A DNA stretch of 60,055 bases from Candidatus Omnitrophota bacterium (GTDB lineage Bacteria > Omnitrophota > Gorgyraeia > Gygaellales > Profunditerraquicolaceae): positions 1 to 60,055 of the forward strand of contig JBAXLM010000002.1 in assembly GCA_037134795.1 (NCBI GenBank), in the 5' to 3' direction. How positions within the stretch are numbered: the first letter of the stretch is position 1; the number at the start of each line of letters is the position of its first letter. The position numbers and the translations under genes are program-made. This document shows, one piece after another, positions 36,819-46,890 of this stretch. The notes under the pieces were generated by a model that was not told the DNA's origin, searched no databases, and saw nothing but the letters and a program-made list of their open reading frames with translations.

Positions 36819-38356
36819 CCAGGCAAACAATATTAATCTTAGATTTCGGTTCACAATACACCCAGTTAATCGCGCGCCGTGTCAGGGAAAGCAAAGTATT
36901 CTCTAAAATTATTCCCTATAACACGCCGGCAAGTGAAATTGCCGCGTTAAATCCTAAAGGGTTGATTCTTTCCGGTGGGCCCGCTTCAGTGGTTGATAAA
37001 AAATCACCTTATCCTGACAAGGGTATTTTTAAACTTGGTGTTCCAATACTTGGAATTTGTTATGGGATGCAGGCTATCTGCGAAATGCTCGGGGGAAAAG
37101 TAAAACACACCCGGGAACGCGAATACGGTAAAGTCGAGCTGTTCGTGGATGATAACCGTGATCTTTTTAGCCATATGCCAGGCAATTTTACTTGTTGGGC
37201 CAGCCACGGTGATTACGTAACTAAAATGCCCGCGGGATTCCATACCAGCGCGCACACTACCAACACCCCGATCGCGGCTATATCTAATCAAAAAAGAAAA
37301 ATATTTGCCGTACAGTTCCATCCGGAAGTAACGCATACAGAAAAAGGTAATCAAATCTTAAGTAATTTCTTATTTAAATCCTGCGGCTGCCTAAGCAGAT
37401 GGACTATGCAATCGTTTATTAAAGAAGCTATCGCCAATATTAAAATTACAGTTGGTAAAGATAAAATGGTCCTGGGCTTAAGCGGCGGAGTAGATTCTTC
37501 TGTAGCTGCTTTGCTTATTCACAAAGCCATTGGAAAAAATTCACGCTGTATTTTTATCGATAACGGTTTGCTAAGAAAAGGCGAAGCTGAACAGATCAAA
37601 GCCGTATTTAAAAACTTATACCACCTTAATTTAAGTTATGTAGATAGAAGCAAAAGATTCCTTGACCGCCTAAAGGGAATAACCGATCCGGAAGAAAAAA
37701 GAAAAATAATTGGCGATGAATTCGTTAAAGTATTCGAAGAAGAAGCCAAAAAGATCAAAGGCGTGAAATTCCTAGGCCAAGGCACTCTTTATCCGGATGT
37801 CATTGAATCCATTTCTCCGACAGGTGGCCCCAGCAGAAAAATCAAAAGCCATCATAATGTGGGTGGGTTACCCGCGCATATGCATCTAAAATTAATTGAA
37901 CCGTTAAGAGAATTATTTAAAGATGAGGCGCGAGAAATTGGAAGGCAGTTAGGATTACCTGAAAATATTATTTTACGGCAGCCATTTCCCGGGCCAGGCT
38001 TAGCCGTAAGAATTATCGGAGAGATAACCAGAGAGCGCCTTGAACTTTTACGCGAAGCGGATAAACGCGTAATTGAAGAGATCTCTAAAGCAGGGCTTTA
38101 TGAACAGATCTGGCAATCTTTTGCCATATTATTACCAATAAAAAGCGTAGGCATCATGGGTGATGAACGTACTTATGAAAATGTCGCGGCACTGCGCTGC
38201 GTCTCCAGTTTTGATGGCATGACTGCCGACTGGGTAAAACTTCCTTATGAGGTAATGGAGAGAATCTCTAACCGCATTATCAATGAAGTTAAAGGAATTA
38301 ATCGGGTTGTTTACGATATCAGCTCTAAACCTCCAGCTACGATTGAATGGGAATAA
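36815..38356 (+). CDS. guaA: GMP synthase (glutamine-hydrolysing)
   Basis: GATase ILGICYGMQ and QFHPE, ATP-PPase [12 protein letters not shown]-terminal IEWE. Confidence 0.95.
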   Translation: MTRQTILILDFGSQYTQLIARRVRESKVFSKIIPYNTPASEIAALNPKGLILSGGPASVVDKKSPYPDKGIFKLGVPILGICYGMQAICEMLGGKVKHTREREYGKVELFVDDNRDLFSHMPGNFTCWASHGDYVTKMPAGFHTSAHTTNTPIAAISNQKRKIFAVQFHPEVTHTEKGNQILSNFLFKSCGCLSRWTMQSFIKEAIANIKITVGKDKMVLGLSGGVDSSVAALLIHKAIGKNSRCIFIDNGLLRKGEAEQIKAVFKNLYHLNLSYVDRSKRFLDRLKGITDPEEKRKIIGDEFVKVFEEEAKKIKGVKFLGQGTLYPDVIESISPTGGPSRKIKSHHNVGGLPAHMHLKLIEPLRELFKDEAREIGRQLGLPENIILRQPFPGPGLAVRIIGEITRERLELLREADKRVIEEISKAGLYEQIWQSFAILLPIKSVGIMGDERTYENVAALRCVSSFDGMTADWVKLPYEVMERISNRIINEVKGINRVVYDISSKPPATIEWE

Positions 38357-38358
38357 CT

Positions 38359-38455
38359 TTAAGTTTAAAGTAAAAACGAAAAAGTTAAAGCTACAACCTA
38401 AAAGTCAAAAGTTTTAACTTTTAACTTGTGGTTTTACCTTTTTACTTTTAAGCTT
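38359..38455. repeat. Heptamer-repeat family palindromic element (copy between guaA and dnaE)
   Basis: AAAGTAAAAACGAAAAAGTTAAAGCTACAACCTAAAAGTCAAAAG / CTTTTAACTTGTGGTTTTACCTTTTTACTTT are imperfect reverse complements. Shares the TTGTGGTTTTRAC.TTTTT core with copies at 8890-8925 and 57071-57100. Confidence 0.75.
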
Positions 38456-38467
38456 TCCGTTTAAAAT

Positions 38468-41400
38468 ATGCCAAGAAGTGAATTCATCCATCTGCACCTG
38501 CATACCCAATTCAGCCTTCTCGACGGAGCCTGCCGTATACCTGAAATCTTAAGCATCGCTAAAAGCTTCAAAATGGATTCTTTGGCTATTACTGACCATG
38601 GAAACATGTTCGGAGCAATTGATTTCTATTTGGAAGCCCAAAAAGCAGGAATCAAGCCGATTATCGGCTGCGAAGTTTACGTTGCCCCGCAAAGCAGATT
38701 AAATAAAAGTTCAAGCAGCATTATCGATGCGGCGCACCATTTAATTCTTTTAGCCCGCAATGAAGAAGGCTACCGCAATTTAATGAAATTGGTTTCTATC
38801 GGATACCTCGAAGGATTTTACTATCGGCCCAGAATTGACAAAGAAGTATTAGCGCAACATGCCAAAGGCCTGATTGCGTCATCAGCTTGCTTAAAAGGTG
38901 AAATCAGCGTGCTCCTAACGCAAAAACGTTTTAATGACGCCTTGAAAATTGCGGATACTTATCAAAATATCCTCGGGAAAGGAAATTTCTATTTAGAAAT
39001 TCAATCTAACTCTATAGCCGAACAAAAAATTGTTAATGAAGGGATGATTAAAATATCTAAGGAGTTGGGTATTCCTTTAGTCGCTACGAATGACGTACAT
39101 TATCCGACAAAAGATAAAGCTACCGCGCATGAAGCACTGCTATGTATCCAAACACAAACTACGCTTGATGACCCTAACCGTATGCGTTTCCAAGGAGATG
39201 ATTTTTATTTCCGCTCACCTGAAGAGATGATTAAACTTTTCCAACATTGCCCGGAAGCGATAAAGAACACATTAGAAATTGCTGAACGTTGTAACTTAGA
39301 GCTGGATTTCTCGCAAATGCATTTACCTAAATATTTTCCTCCTAAAAATCAAGATAAAGAAGAATTCCTGCTGGAACTTTGTGAAAAAGGAATGCTGGAG
39401 AAGGAACTAAAGCTAGATCCGGAAGCTGCCAAACGGCTTGACCATGAACTCAAAATTATTAAAGATATGGGATTCATCAGTTATTTTCTCATTGTCTGGG
39501 ATTTTATTCATTATGCCAAAAGCCAGGGTATTCCTGTCGGGCCAGGCAGAGGCTCAGCAGCAGGAAGTTTAGTCAGCTTTCTTTTGGGGATCACTGACCT
39601 TAACCCTTTAAAGTACGGGCTGCTTTTTGAAAGATTTCTAAATCCCGAACGTATGGGGCTACCTGACATAGATATTGATTTCTGTTACGAACGTAGAAAC
39701 GAAGTCATTGATTATGTAACCAAAAAATACGGCCAGGAAAATGTCGCTCAAATTATCACTTTTGGAACTATGCAAGCTAGAGCCGTATTAAGAGATGTGG
39801 GCAGAGTAATGGGAGTTGCCTACGCGGATGTCGACCGTATCGCAAAAATGATTCCCGCTGAATTAGATATAACTTTAAAGAAGGCTTTAGAAAGTGAACC
39901 TGAATTAAACAGCCTTTATAAAAATGACCCTCAAATAACCAAATTGATCAACACTGCTTTATCATTAGAAGGCCTAAACCGGCACGCTTCCATCCATGCT
40001 GCAGGAGTAGTAATCTCAGATAAGCCTTTGAATAATTACACGCCTATCTTTAAAACTGCTGATGACCAGATCACCACGGGTTACAGTATGGGAATATTAG
40101 AGAAGATCGGTTTACTTAAAGTTGATTTTCTGGGATTAAGAACGCTTACGGTTATTGATGAAACCTTAAAGCTGATCAAAAAAACGCGTAACATTGAAAT
40201 TGATCTTGAGAAATTACCGCTAGATGATAAAAACACTTATAATTTACTAGCAACAAGCCACACAATAGGAATATTCCAGATAGAAAGTTCAGGGATGCGC
40301 GACCTGCTTAAAAAACTTATTCCTGAACGTTTTGAGGATTTAATCGCGCTCCTGGCTTTATACCGGCCGGGCCCAATAGGCTCAGGTATGCTTGATGATT
40401 TTATGAAGCGCAAACACGGAGTAATCCCAATAAAATATGAACACCCCAAGTTAGAGCCTATTTTAAAAGAAACCTACGGAATTATGGTTTACCAGGAACA
40501 GATCATGCAAATCGCCTCAACTTTGGCAGGATTTTCTCTAGCTCAAGCAGATATTTTACGCAAAGCCATGGGTAAAAAAATACCTGAGGTTATGGAAAAA
40601 GAAAGGAAGAATTTCTTAACCGGCTGTATTCGTAATGGAATAAGGGAAAGCAGCGCCAGCAAGATATTTGACTTGATTGAATATTTCTCTGGATATGGCT
40701 TCAATAAATCCCACTCTACCGCCTATTCCCTGATTTCATACCGCACTGCTTATTTAAAAGCGAATTATCCTGTTGAATTTATGGCTGCTTTACTAACTTC
40801 AGAACGCGATAATACCGATAAAATTGTGGAGTATGTTGTTGAGGCAGGACGCATGGGCTTAACTGTCCTGCCTCCTGATATAAATGAAAGCGACGCGCTT
40901 TTTAAGGTAGTCGATGAAAAAACAATTAGTTTTGGATTATTAGCGATAAAAAACGTAGGGAAGGGGGCAGCAGAATCTATTTGTTGCGCCAGAGAAAAAG
41001 GCAAATACTTATCGCTTGAAGACCTCGCTACCCGCTTAGATTTAAGGCTGGCAAACCGTAAGGTTTTAGAAAGCTTGATAAAATGCGGTGCCATGGATTT
41101 TTTCGGTGTATCTCGTGCTAAAATGTTCGCCAGCCTTGATATAATACTTGAAAGCGCGCAAAAAGCACAAAAAGAAAAATCTAGCGGACAACTTTCATTC
41201 TTTGACCAAGCATATGATAATCCAGGATTTCAAAAAACAACTAACAGTTTACCTGATGTAAAAGAATGGGCTGAACCGCAATTACTCTCTTTTGAAAAAG
41301 ATATGCTCGGATTTTACGTTTCCGGCCATCCCTTGGCACGATATGCCAAACAACTAAAACGGTTTGTTTCCTGTTCCACGTCTAGCCTGCATGAACATAA

Positions 41401-41902
41401 AGACCAAGATACAATTAAAATCGTAGGGCTAATCGCTAAAATTAAACAAACAACCACGCGTGCCAAGCAAGAAAAAATGGCAATACTAAAACTTGAAGAC
41501 CTAAACGGCGCAGTAGAAGCCATAATCTTTCCGCGAGTTTATCAAAAAATCAGCAGTTATATGCAATTAAACACCATAGTACATATCCGCGGCATACTTA
41601 ATCTGAGAGAAGATACTCCAAAAATTATTGTTGAAGATCTTTTCCCGTTTGAAGAAATTTATAAGCTGATTACCGCAATGAATATTAACCTTTCCGGAAT
41701 AAGAGAGAATATCTTTGAAACCTTAAAAACCTTACTTAGCGATTACCGCGGTAATATTCCCGTATATTTACGCCTGGACACCCCAGCAAAATCTCGCGTG
41801 CAATTAGTTGTCGGGGAAGGGCTTTATGTTAATCCAACTGAAAAACTCATCACCGACCTAGATGAATTACTGGGTGAAGAAAAATTGTCTTTAGTGGTTT
41901 AA
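38468..41902 (+). CDS. dnaE: DNA polymerase III alpha subunit
   Basis: PHP domain FIHLHLHTQFSLLDG, catalytic core LPDIDIDF, OB fold near the C-terminus. 1,144 aa. Confidence 0.95.
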   Translation: MPRSEFIHLHLHTQFSLLDGACRIPEILSIAKSFKMDSLAITDHGNMFGAIDFYLEAQKAGIKPIIGCEVYVAPQSRLNKSSSSIIDAAHHLILLARNEEGYRNLMKLVSIGYLEGFYYRPRIDKEVLAQHAKGLIASSACLKGEISVLLTQKRFNDALKIADTYQNILGKGNFYLEIQSNSIAEQKIVNEGMIKISKELGIPLVATNDVHYPTKDKATAHEALLCIQTQTTLDDPNRMRFQGDDFYFRSPEEMIKLFQHCPEAIKNTLEIAERCNLELDFSQMHLPKYFPPKNQDKEEFLLELCEKGMLEKELKLDPEAAKRLDHELKIIKDMGFISYFLIVWDFIHYAKSQGIPVGPGRGSAAGSLVSFLLGITDLNPLKYGLLFERFLNPERMGLPDIDIDFCYERRNEVIDYVTKKYGQENVAQIITFGTMQARAVLRDVGRVMGVAYADVDRIAKMIPAELDITLKKALESEPELNSLYKNDPQITKLINTALSLEGLNRHASIHAAGVVISDKPLNNYTPIFKTADDQITTGYSMGILEKIGLLKVDFLGLRTLTVIDETLKLIKKTRNIEIDLEKLPLDDKNTYNLLATSHTIGIFQIESSGMRDLLKKLIPERFEDLIALLALYRPGPIGSGMLDDFMKRKHGVIPIKYEHPKLEPILKETYGIMVYQEQIMQIASTLAGFSLAQADILRKAMGKKIPEVMEKERKNFLTGCIRNGIRESSASKIFDLIEYFSGYGFNKSHSTAYSLISYRTAYLKANYPVEFMAALLTSERDNTDKIVEYVVEAGRMGLTVLPPDINESDALFKVVDEKTISFGLLAIKNVGKGAAESICCAREKGKYLSLEDLATRLDLRLANRKVLESLIKCGAMDFFGVSRAKMFASLDIILESAQKAQKEKSSGQLSFFDQAYDNPGFQKTTNSLPDVKEWAEPQLLSFEKDMLGFYVSGHPLARYAKQLKRFVSCSTSSLHEHKDQDTIKIVGLIAKIKQTTTRAKQEKMAILKLEDLNGAVEAIIFPRVYQKISSYMQLNTIVHIRGILNLREDTPKIIVEDLFPFEEIYKLITAMNINLSGIRENIFETLKTLLSDYRGNIPVYLRLDTPAKSRVQLVVGEGLYVNPTEKLITDLDELLGEEKLSLVV

Positions 41903-41905
41903 AGC

Positions 41906-41934
41906 TTGACACTCTAACTTTTTGCTGTTATTAT
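41906..41934 (+). promoter_or_regulatory. Sigma-70 promoter upstream of the HU/IHF-like gene
   Basis: TTGACA (41906-41911), 17 nt spacer, TATTAT (41929-41934), with TG upstream. Confidence 0.6.
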
Positions 41935-42002
41935 ACTTAGCATATTCACCCCGCGCTTATTTGTATTGCGCGGGTGTGCTTTCGTAAGCAAGGGGGTATC
42001 TG

Positions 42003-42275
42003 ATGACCAAGAAGGATATTGTTTTAAAAGTTTCGGATGCTACGAATTTAAAACAAATAGATGTAAAAAAAGTCGTGCAAAAAACCTTTGACTGTATTAT
42101 TGATTCTCTAGCCAGAGGCGAAAAAATTGAACTGCGCAACTTTGGTGTTTTTAAAATAAAGCAAAGGAGAAGCCGCACAGGTAGAAACCCGCGTACTAAC
42201 CAGGTGATTCCTGTCCCACCCAGAAAAGTTGTTGTCTTTAAAGCTGGCTTGGAAATGAAACAGAAGATCAGGTAA
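42003..42275 (+). CDS. HU/IHF family DNA-binding protein
   Basis: 90 aa. GFGVF-like NFGVFKIKQRRSRTGRNPRT...P beta-arm motif. Confidence 0.88.
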   Translation: MTKKDIVLKVSDATNLKQIDVKKVVQKTFDCIIDSLARGEKIELRNFGVFKIKQRRSRTGRNPRTNQVIPVPPRKVVVFKAGLEMKQKIR

Positions 42276-42298
42276 ACCAAAAAACCAAAAACTAACTC

Positions 42299-43537
42299 AT
42301 GTTTAAAAGAGTCCCAGGCACTAAAGATATTCTGCCTAATGAAGTAATTTCCTGGCAGTGGATTGAAACAATAGCTCGCAATATTTTCTCCCTTTATAAT
42401 TATCAGGAAATTCGTACTCCTTTAATCGAAGAGGCGGGGTTATTTAATCGCACTTTGGGAGAAAGTGCGGAAATTGTACAGAAACAGATGTTCCTCATAC
42501 ACAATCAAGAAGATACTTATGCTTTACGGCCTGAGGGCACTGCCGCGATTGTGCGTAGTTATTTAGAAAACAACTTAGATAAAACCAGTGGTTTTGCTAA
42601 ATTTTTTTATATTGGCCCAATGTTTCGCCTGGAGCGCCCGCAAAAAGGACGCTTACGTCAATTTCACCATATCGGCTGTGAAGTAATCGGTTCGCCCGAC
42701 GCGGGGTTAGATGTTGAGGTAATTGCTTTAGCAGAACATTTGCTTAAAAGCGTATCAATTGAAAATTATAAAATTAAAATTAACAGTTTAGGCTGCCCAA
42801 AAGATAAAGAAAAACTAACTTTAGCATTAAAAGAAGCGCTGCAAAAAAACATTAAAGAACTTTGCGCTGACTGTCAGGAACGAGTTAAGAAGAACGTACT
42901 AAGGGTGCTTGACTGTAAAAATGAGGTTTGCCAAAAGATTGTCCATGGGCTTTCGCTTAAATCAGCGCATCTTTGCCCAGAATGCTCAGCGAATTTCGAA
43001 GAAGTAAAAACAGGCTTAAAAAACTTAGATATCCCGTTTCAAGTCCAACCATATCTTGTACGCGGGCTAGATTACTACAACCGCACAGTATTTGAAATCA
43101 CTCACCCTGAACTAGGCAGCCAAGACGCTATCGGCGCAGGAGGCCGTTATAATAATTTGATACAAGAACTTGGAGGCCCGGATTTAGGAGGTATTGGCTT
43201 TGCTTTTGGCGTAGAAAGGCTGCTTTTGGCTGCCAAAAATATTCCTGCAAACCTGAATAATAATTTAGTTTATTTAATTTCATTGGGGGCGCAAGCAAAA
43301 TCTAATGGCGCCAAAATACTAAATTCATTACGCCTTAACGGCATACCGAGCGACACTGATTATTTAAATAAATCTTTAAAAGGGGCGATGCGCGCTGCTA
43401 ACGATGCGCATGCCAAATACGTGCTTATCTTAGGAGATGATGAGTTGAAGAAAAATATTATTACTCTCAAAGATATGTCCAGCGGTACACAGAGAGAACT
43501 AACTTTAGAAAATTTAATTAAAGAATTGAAATGTTAA
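42299..43537 (+). CDS. hisS: Histidyl-tRNA synthetase
   Basis: GTKD, LRPEGT, FRLERPQKGRLRQFHH, AIGAGGRY motifs. Confidence 0.93.
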   Translation: MFKRVPGTKDILPNEVISWQWIETIARNIFSLYNYQEIRTPLIEEAGLFNRTLGESAEIVQKQMFLIHNQEDTYALRPEGTAAIVRSYLENNLDKTSGFAKFFYIGPMFRLERPQKGRLRQFHHIGCEVIGSPDAGLDVEVIALAEHLLKSVSIENYKIKINSLGCPKDKEKLTLALKEALQKNIKELCADCQERVKKNVLRVLDCKNEVCQKIVHGLSLKSAHLCPECSANFEEVKTGLKNLDIPFQVQPYLVRGLDYYNRTVFEITHPELGSQDAIGAGGRYNNLIQELGGPDLGGIGFAFGVERLLLAAKNIPANLNNNLVYLISLGAQAKSNGAKILNSLRLNGIPSDTDYLNKSLKGAMRAANDAHAKYVLILGDDELKKNIITLKDMSSGTQRELTLENLIKELKC

Positions 43538-44934
43538 GGACACATACCTGCGGAGAACTTAAAAACGAAGATACGGGAAAGCAAGTTACGCTCTGCGGTT
43601 GGGTGGCCAAAAGACGCGATCACGGTAAGTTAATTTTCATTGATATACGTGACCGCTATGGTTTTACCCAAGTTGTTTTTATTCCTAAAGAATCCGGTGA
43701 AGCATACAAAATAGCCCAGGAACTTAGAAGTGAATTTGTGATTAAATTAACTGGCATAGTGAATAAGCGCCCCAATGGCACAATCAATGAAAAACTTGCA
43801 ACCGGAGAAATAGAGGTATTAGCGAAAGAGCTTGTTATATTAAACCCCAGCCTTACCCCGCCATTTGAAATCGAAGACGACACCCAGATAACTGAAGAGT
43901 TGCGGCTTAAATATCGCTACCTAGACTTACGAAGAACCAAGGTATTCAACAACCTCGTTTTAAGAAGCAATCTTTATAAAATTATCCGCGCATATTTAGG
44001 TGGACAAGATTTTATTGAATGCGAAACCCCGATACTTACCAAATCCACTCCCGAAGGAGCGCGAGATTATCTCGTGCCTTCACGCCTAGCTACGGGTAAA
44101 TTTTTTGCCTTGCCTCAATCTCCGCAATTATTTAAACAAATCCTTATGGTTGGTGGCATAGAAAAATACTACCAGATTGCCAAATGTTTCCGCGATGAAG
44201 ATTTACGTGCTGACCGTCAGCCAGAGTTTACTCAACTGGATATCGAAATGTCTTTCGTAGATGAAGAGGATATCTTTAGATTAACCGAAGGATTGATGAA
44301 ATTAGTTTTAAAAGAATTAAAAAACGTCGATATACAAACACCGTTTAAACGTATAAGCTATTCTGACGCCATGCTAAAATACGGATCAGATAAACCAGAT
44401 TTACGCACTGAAGTAAAAAATGATTTTGCCTTTTGCTGGGTAGTAGATTTCCCGCTTTTTAAATTTAATACCGAAGTTCAACGTTGGGAGAGCGAGCATC
44501 ATCCTTTTACTGCCCCAGTAGAAACCGATCTCGAAAATCTTGAAAAATCACCAGATAAAATAAAGTCTCGCTCCTATGACCTGGTTTTAAATGGGATGGA
44601 GTTAGGTAGCGGCTCTGTAAGAATCCACAGCCAAAAACTGCAAGAAAAGATCTTTGATATCATTGGCATAAAAAAAGAGGAGGCAGTCAAACGTTTCGGA
44701 TTTTTATTAGAAGCATTTCAATTCGGCGCACCACCACATGCCGGCGTTGCTTTTGGGTTAGATAGGCTTTTAACCATACTCTCCGGAGAAACAAGTATCC
44801 GTGAAGTAATTACCTTTCCTAAAACTTCAGCGGCATTTTGCCCATTAACTAACGCGCCTTCGGATGTAGAAGATAAACAATTAAAAGAACTAGGTTTAAC
44901 AATTAAAGGAGGGAAACAAAATGAACAGATTTAA
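43531..44934 (+). CDS. aspS: Aspartyl-tRNA synthetase, bacterial type but lacking the GAD insertion domain
   Basis: Bacterial-type N-terminus (LRTHTCGEL...GWV...RDHG.LIFIDIRDRYG.TQVV), FRDEDLRADRQPEFTQLD, GSGSVRIH, GLDRL. The sequence YGSDKPDLR runs directly into FCWVVDFPLF. 467 aa. Confidence 0.9.
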   Translation: MLRTHTCGELKNEDTGKQVTLCGWVAKRRDHGKLIFIDIRDRYGFTQVVFIPKESGEAYKIAQELRSEFVIKLTGIVNKRPNGTINEKLATGEIEVLAKELVILNPSLTPPFEIEDDTQITEELRLKYRYLDLRRTKVFNNLVLRSNLYKIIRAYLGGQDFIECETPILTKSTPEGARDYLVPSRLATGKFFALPQSPQLFKQILMVGGIEKYYQIAKCFRDEDLRADRQPEFTQLDIEMSFVDEEDIFRLTEGLMKLVLKELKNVDIQTPFKRISYSDAMLKYGSDKPDLRTEVKNDFAFCWVVDFPLFKFNTEVQRWESEHHPFTAPVETDLENLEKSPDKIKSRSYDLVLNGMELGSGSVRIHSQKLQEKIFDIIGIKKEEAVKRFGFLLEAFQFGAPPHAGVAFGLDRLLTILSGETSIREVITFPKTSAAFCPLTNAPSDVEDKQLKELGLTIKGGKQNEQI

Positions 44935-45466
44935 ATTGGCTGGAATTTGCGTAATAACATCAACATTAGCCTTATCCGGATGTGTGGCTAGAACCTATAA
45001 TTTAACCCGCGACAGGGTTGACCAAGACCTCACTTCTTCTGCAGGAAATCGCGGCTATATTATGGGAGTACCTCCCGAAGCAGGAGCGCGCAGCGGAAAA
45101 TCTACCCGCACTACCAGGGTTTTTGAAGTAGAGTTGGGGTTAGCTAAAAAATCTGACGTAAAATGCCCGTCTACTGCTCCATTAACAACTTATATTTCCG
45201 AGCCAACAATGATACAAGAAGCTAGAATTGAAAACGTAAACACAACTTTCGAGCAATACACTGTAACTAAAAACGATACCTTGCAAAAAATATCTCAGAA
45301 ATTTTACGGAACAACCAAAAATTGGCAGAAGATCTACGAAGCTAACAAGAATATTTTAAGCACTCCGAACAAACTTTACCCTGGCCAAACTTTAAATATT
45401 CCGTCTAGCTCAGGCCTAGGAACCGTATCTAAAAACTTGATAGAAACAGAAGAAAACCTTAAGTAA
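44921..45466 (+). CDS. LysM domain lipoprotein
   Basis: Lipobox LALSGC. C-terminal LysM YTVTKNDTLQKISQKFYG....W.KIYEANKN......LYPGQTLNIP. Confidence 0.8.
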   Translation: MNRFKLAGICVITSTLALSGCVARTYNLTRDRVDQDLTSSAGNRGYIMGVPPEAGARSGKSTRTTRVFEVELGLAKKSDVKCPSTAPLTTYISEPTMIQEARIENVNTTFEQYTVTKNDTLQKISQKFYGTTKNWQKIYEANKNILSTPNKLYPGQTLNIPSSSGLGTVSKNLIETEENLK

Positions 45467-45496
45467 TCGTTATATTAGTGGATAAAATCATTAATT

Positions 45497-46882
45497 TTGA
45501 ATCCCAAAAAGAAGAACAAGGGCTTTTTGGGATTCATGGCGTTGCATATGAAAAAGTTATTCGATAAAAATAAAGTTCTCCGGAGTTTCTCAAATAAAGG
45601 CTACCTACTTGGAATATGCATATTCATTTTCCTCTTTAGCCATATTATCCACGTAAACTTAGCTATTCCCTTTAGCTTAATTATTTTGTACGCCGGCTTT
45701 AACCAAAAATTCTCTAAAATGAAAAAAATAAAATCATCCAACTTGATTTTACTTTTCCTAATTTCATTTTCCTTAGGCTATTGCTTACTTTGGAATGGAT
45801 TATCGTTTTATTTTATCCCCATTACAATTATTCCTATGCTCGCAATACTGCTATTCAACAATATAGAAATTGCTTATTTCCTATCTTTAATAACTTCACT
45901 ATCCTTAGCATCACTTACTTCTGAGCCATTTAAAGCTTGGCTTATTTTCATAGTCTCAAGCATCATTGCGGTACTTCTGGCTAACGGGGCACGCAAACGC
46001 ACTACAGTTATCCGGGCAGGGGCAATAGCTGGAATAGTACAATTAATCACTTTAATTTTACTTGAACATTTCTTAATCCATAAGCCAGATAGATACCTAG
46101 TCATCTTAATAAGCGGCGTGGCTTCGGGAATAATTGTTTTAGGTGTTCTGCCGGTTTTTGAATACATTTTACAAAGAGTAACTAATATCAGCCTCCTGGA
46201 ATTAGCAGATTTGCATCATCCTGTTTTGCAGCGCTTGATCCTGGAGGCCCCCGGAACATACCATCATAGTTTAATCGTCGGTAACCTCGCGGATACGGCT
46301 TGCACGACAATTGGCGCAAATTCTCTGTTAGCTAGAATCGGCGCATATTACCACGATATCGGTAAGCTGGCAAAACCGGAGTACTTTATTGAAAACCAAG
46401 ATATAAAAAGAAATATGCACGACGCCTTATCGCCCACAATGAGCAAATTAATTATTATGAACCATGTTAAAGAAGGTTTGGAGTTGGCTAAAAAATATAA
46501 GCTCAGCCCCATACTTTGGGATTTTATCCAACAGCATCACGGCAGCAGCCTAGTTTACTATTTCTACCGCAGGGCAATAGAAGACAAAGAAGAGGACCAA
46601 GAGGTAACCGAAGAAGGCTTTCGCTATCCTGGCCCAAAACCAAGTACCAAAGAAACAGCTATCGTGCTTTTAGCAGATTCAGTTGAAGCAGCCACGCGCA
46701 CATTAAAAGGCCCCACTCCAACAAAAATAGAAGAAACAGTACGCAAAATTATAAACAATAAATTTATTGATTGCCAATTAGATGATTGCGATCTCACATT
46801 AAAAGATATCGAAAAGATATCCAGCGTTTTTATCAAAATCTTGATCGGCATTTACCACAGTCGCGCAAATTACCCCCAGTAA
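45497..46882 (+). CDS. 7TM-HD membrane phosphohydrolase (PgpH/YqfF-like, short form without the extracellular domain); start uncertain
   Basis: Multiple TM helices followed by an HD domain (HHSLIVGNLA...YYHDIGK...HH). Conserved pgpH-ybeY-...-recO neighbourhood. The TTG at 45497 or the ATG at 45536 are both possible starts. Confidence 0.75.
   Translation: MNPKKKNKGFLGFMALHMKKLFDKNKVLRSFSNKGYLLGICIFIFLFSHIIHVNLAIPFSLIILYAGFNQKFSKMKKIKSSNLILLFLISFSLGYCLLWNGLSFYFIPITIIPMLAILLFNNIEIAYFLSLITSLSLASLTSEPFKAWLIFIVSSIIAVLLANGARKRTTVIRAGAIAGIVQLITLILLEHFLIHKPDRYLVILISGVASGIIVLGVLPVFEYILQRVTNISLLELADLHHPVLQRLILEAPGTYHHSLIVGNLADTACTTIGANSLLARIGAYYHDIGKLAKPEYFIENQDIKRNMHDALSPTMSKLIIMNHVKEGLELAKKYKLSPILWDFIQQHHGSSLVYYFYRRAIEDKEEDQEVTEEGFRYPGPKPSTKETAIVLLADSVEAATRTLKGPTPTKIEETVRKIINNKFIDCQLDDCDLTLKDIEKISSVFIKILIGIYHSRANYPQ
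45499..45535 (+). other. Perfect 13-bp stem hairpin abutting an in-frame ATG of the HD gene
   Basis: GAATCCCAAAAAG, 11 nt loop, CTTTTTGGGATTC. An ATG follows immediately at 45536. There is no downstream T-run. Confidence 0.6.
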
Positions 46883-46890
46883 GAGAAGAA

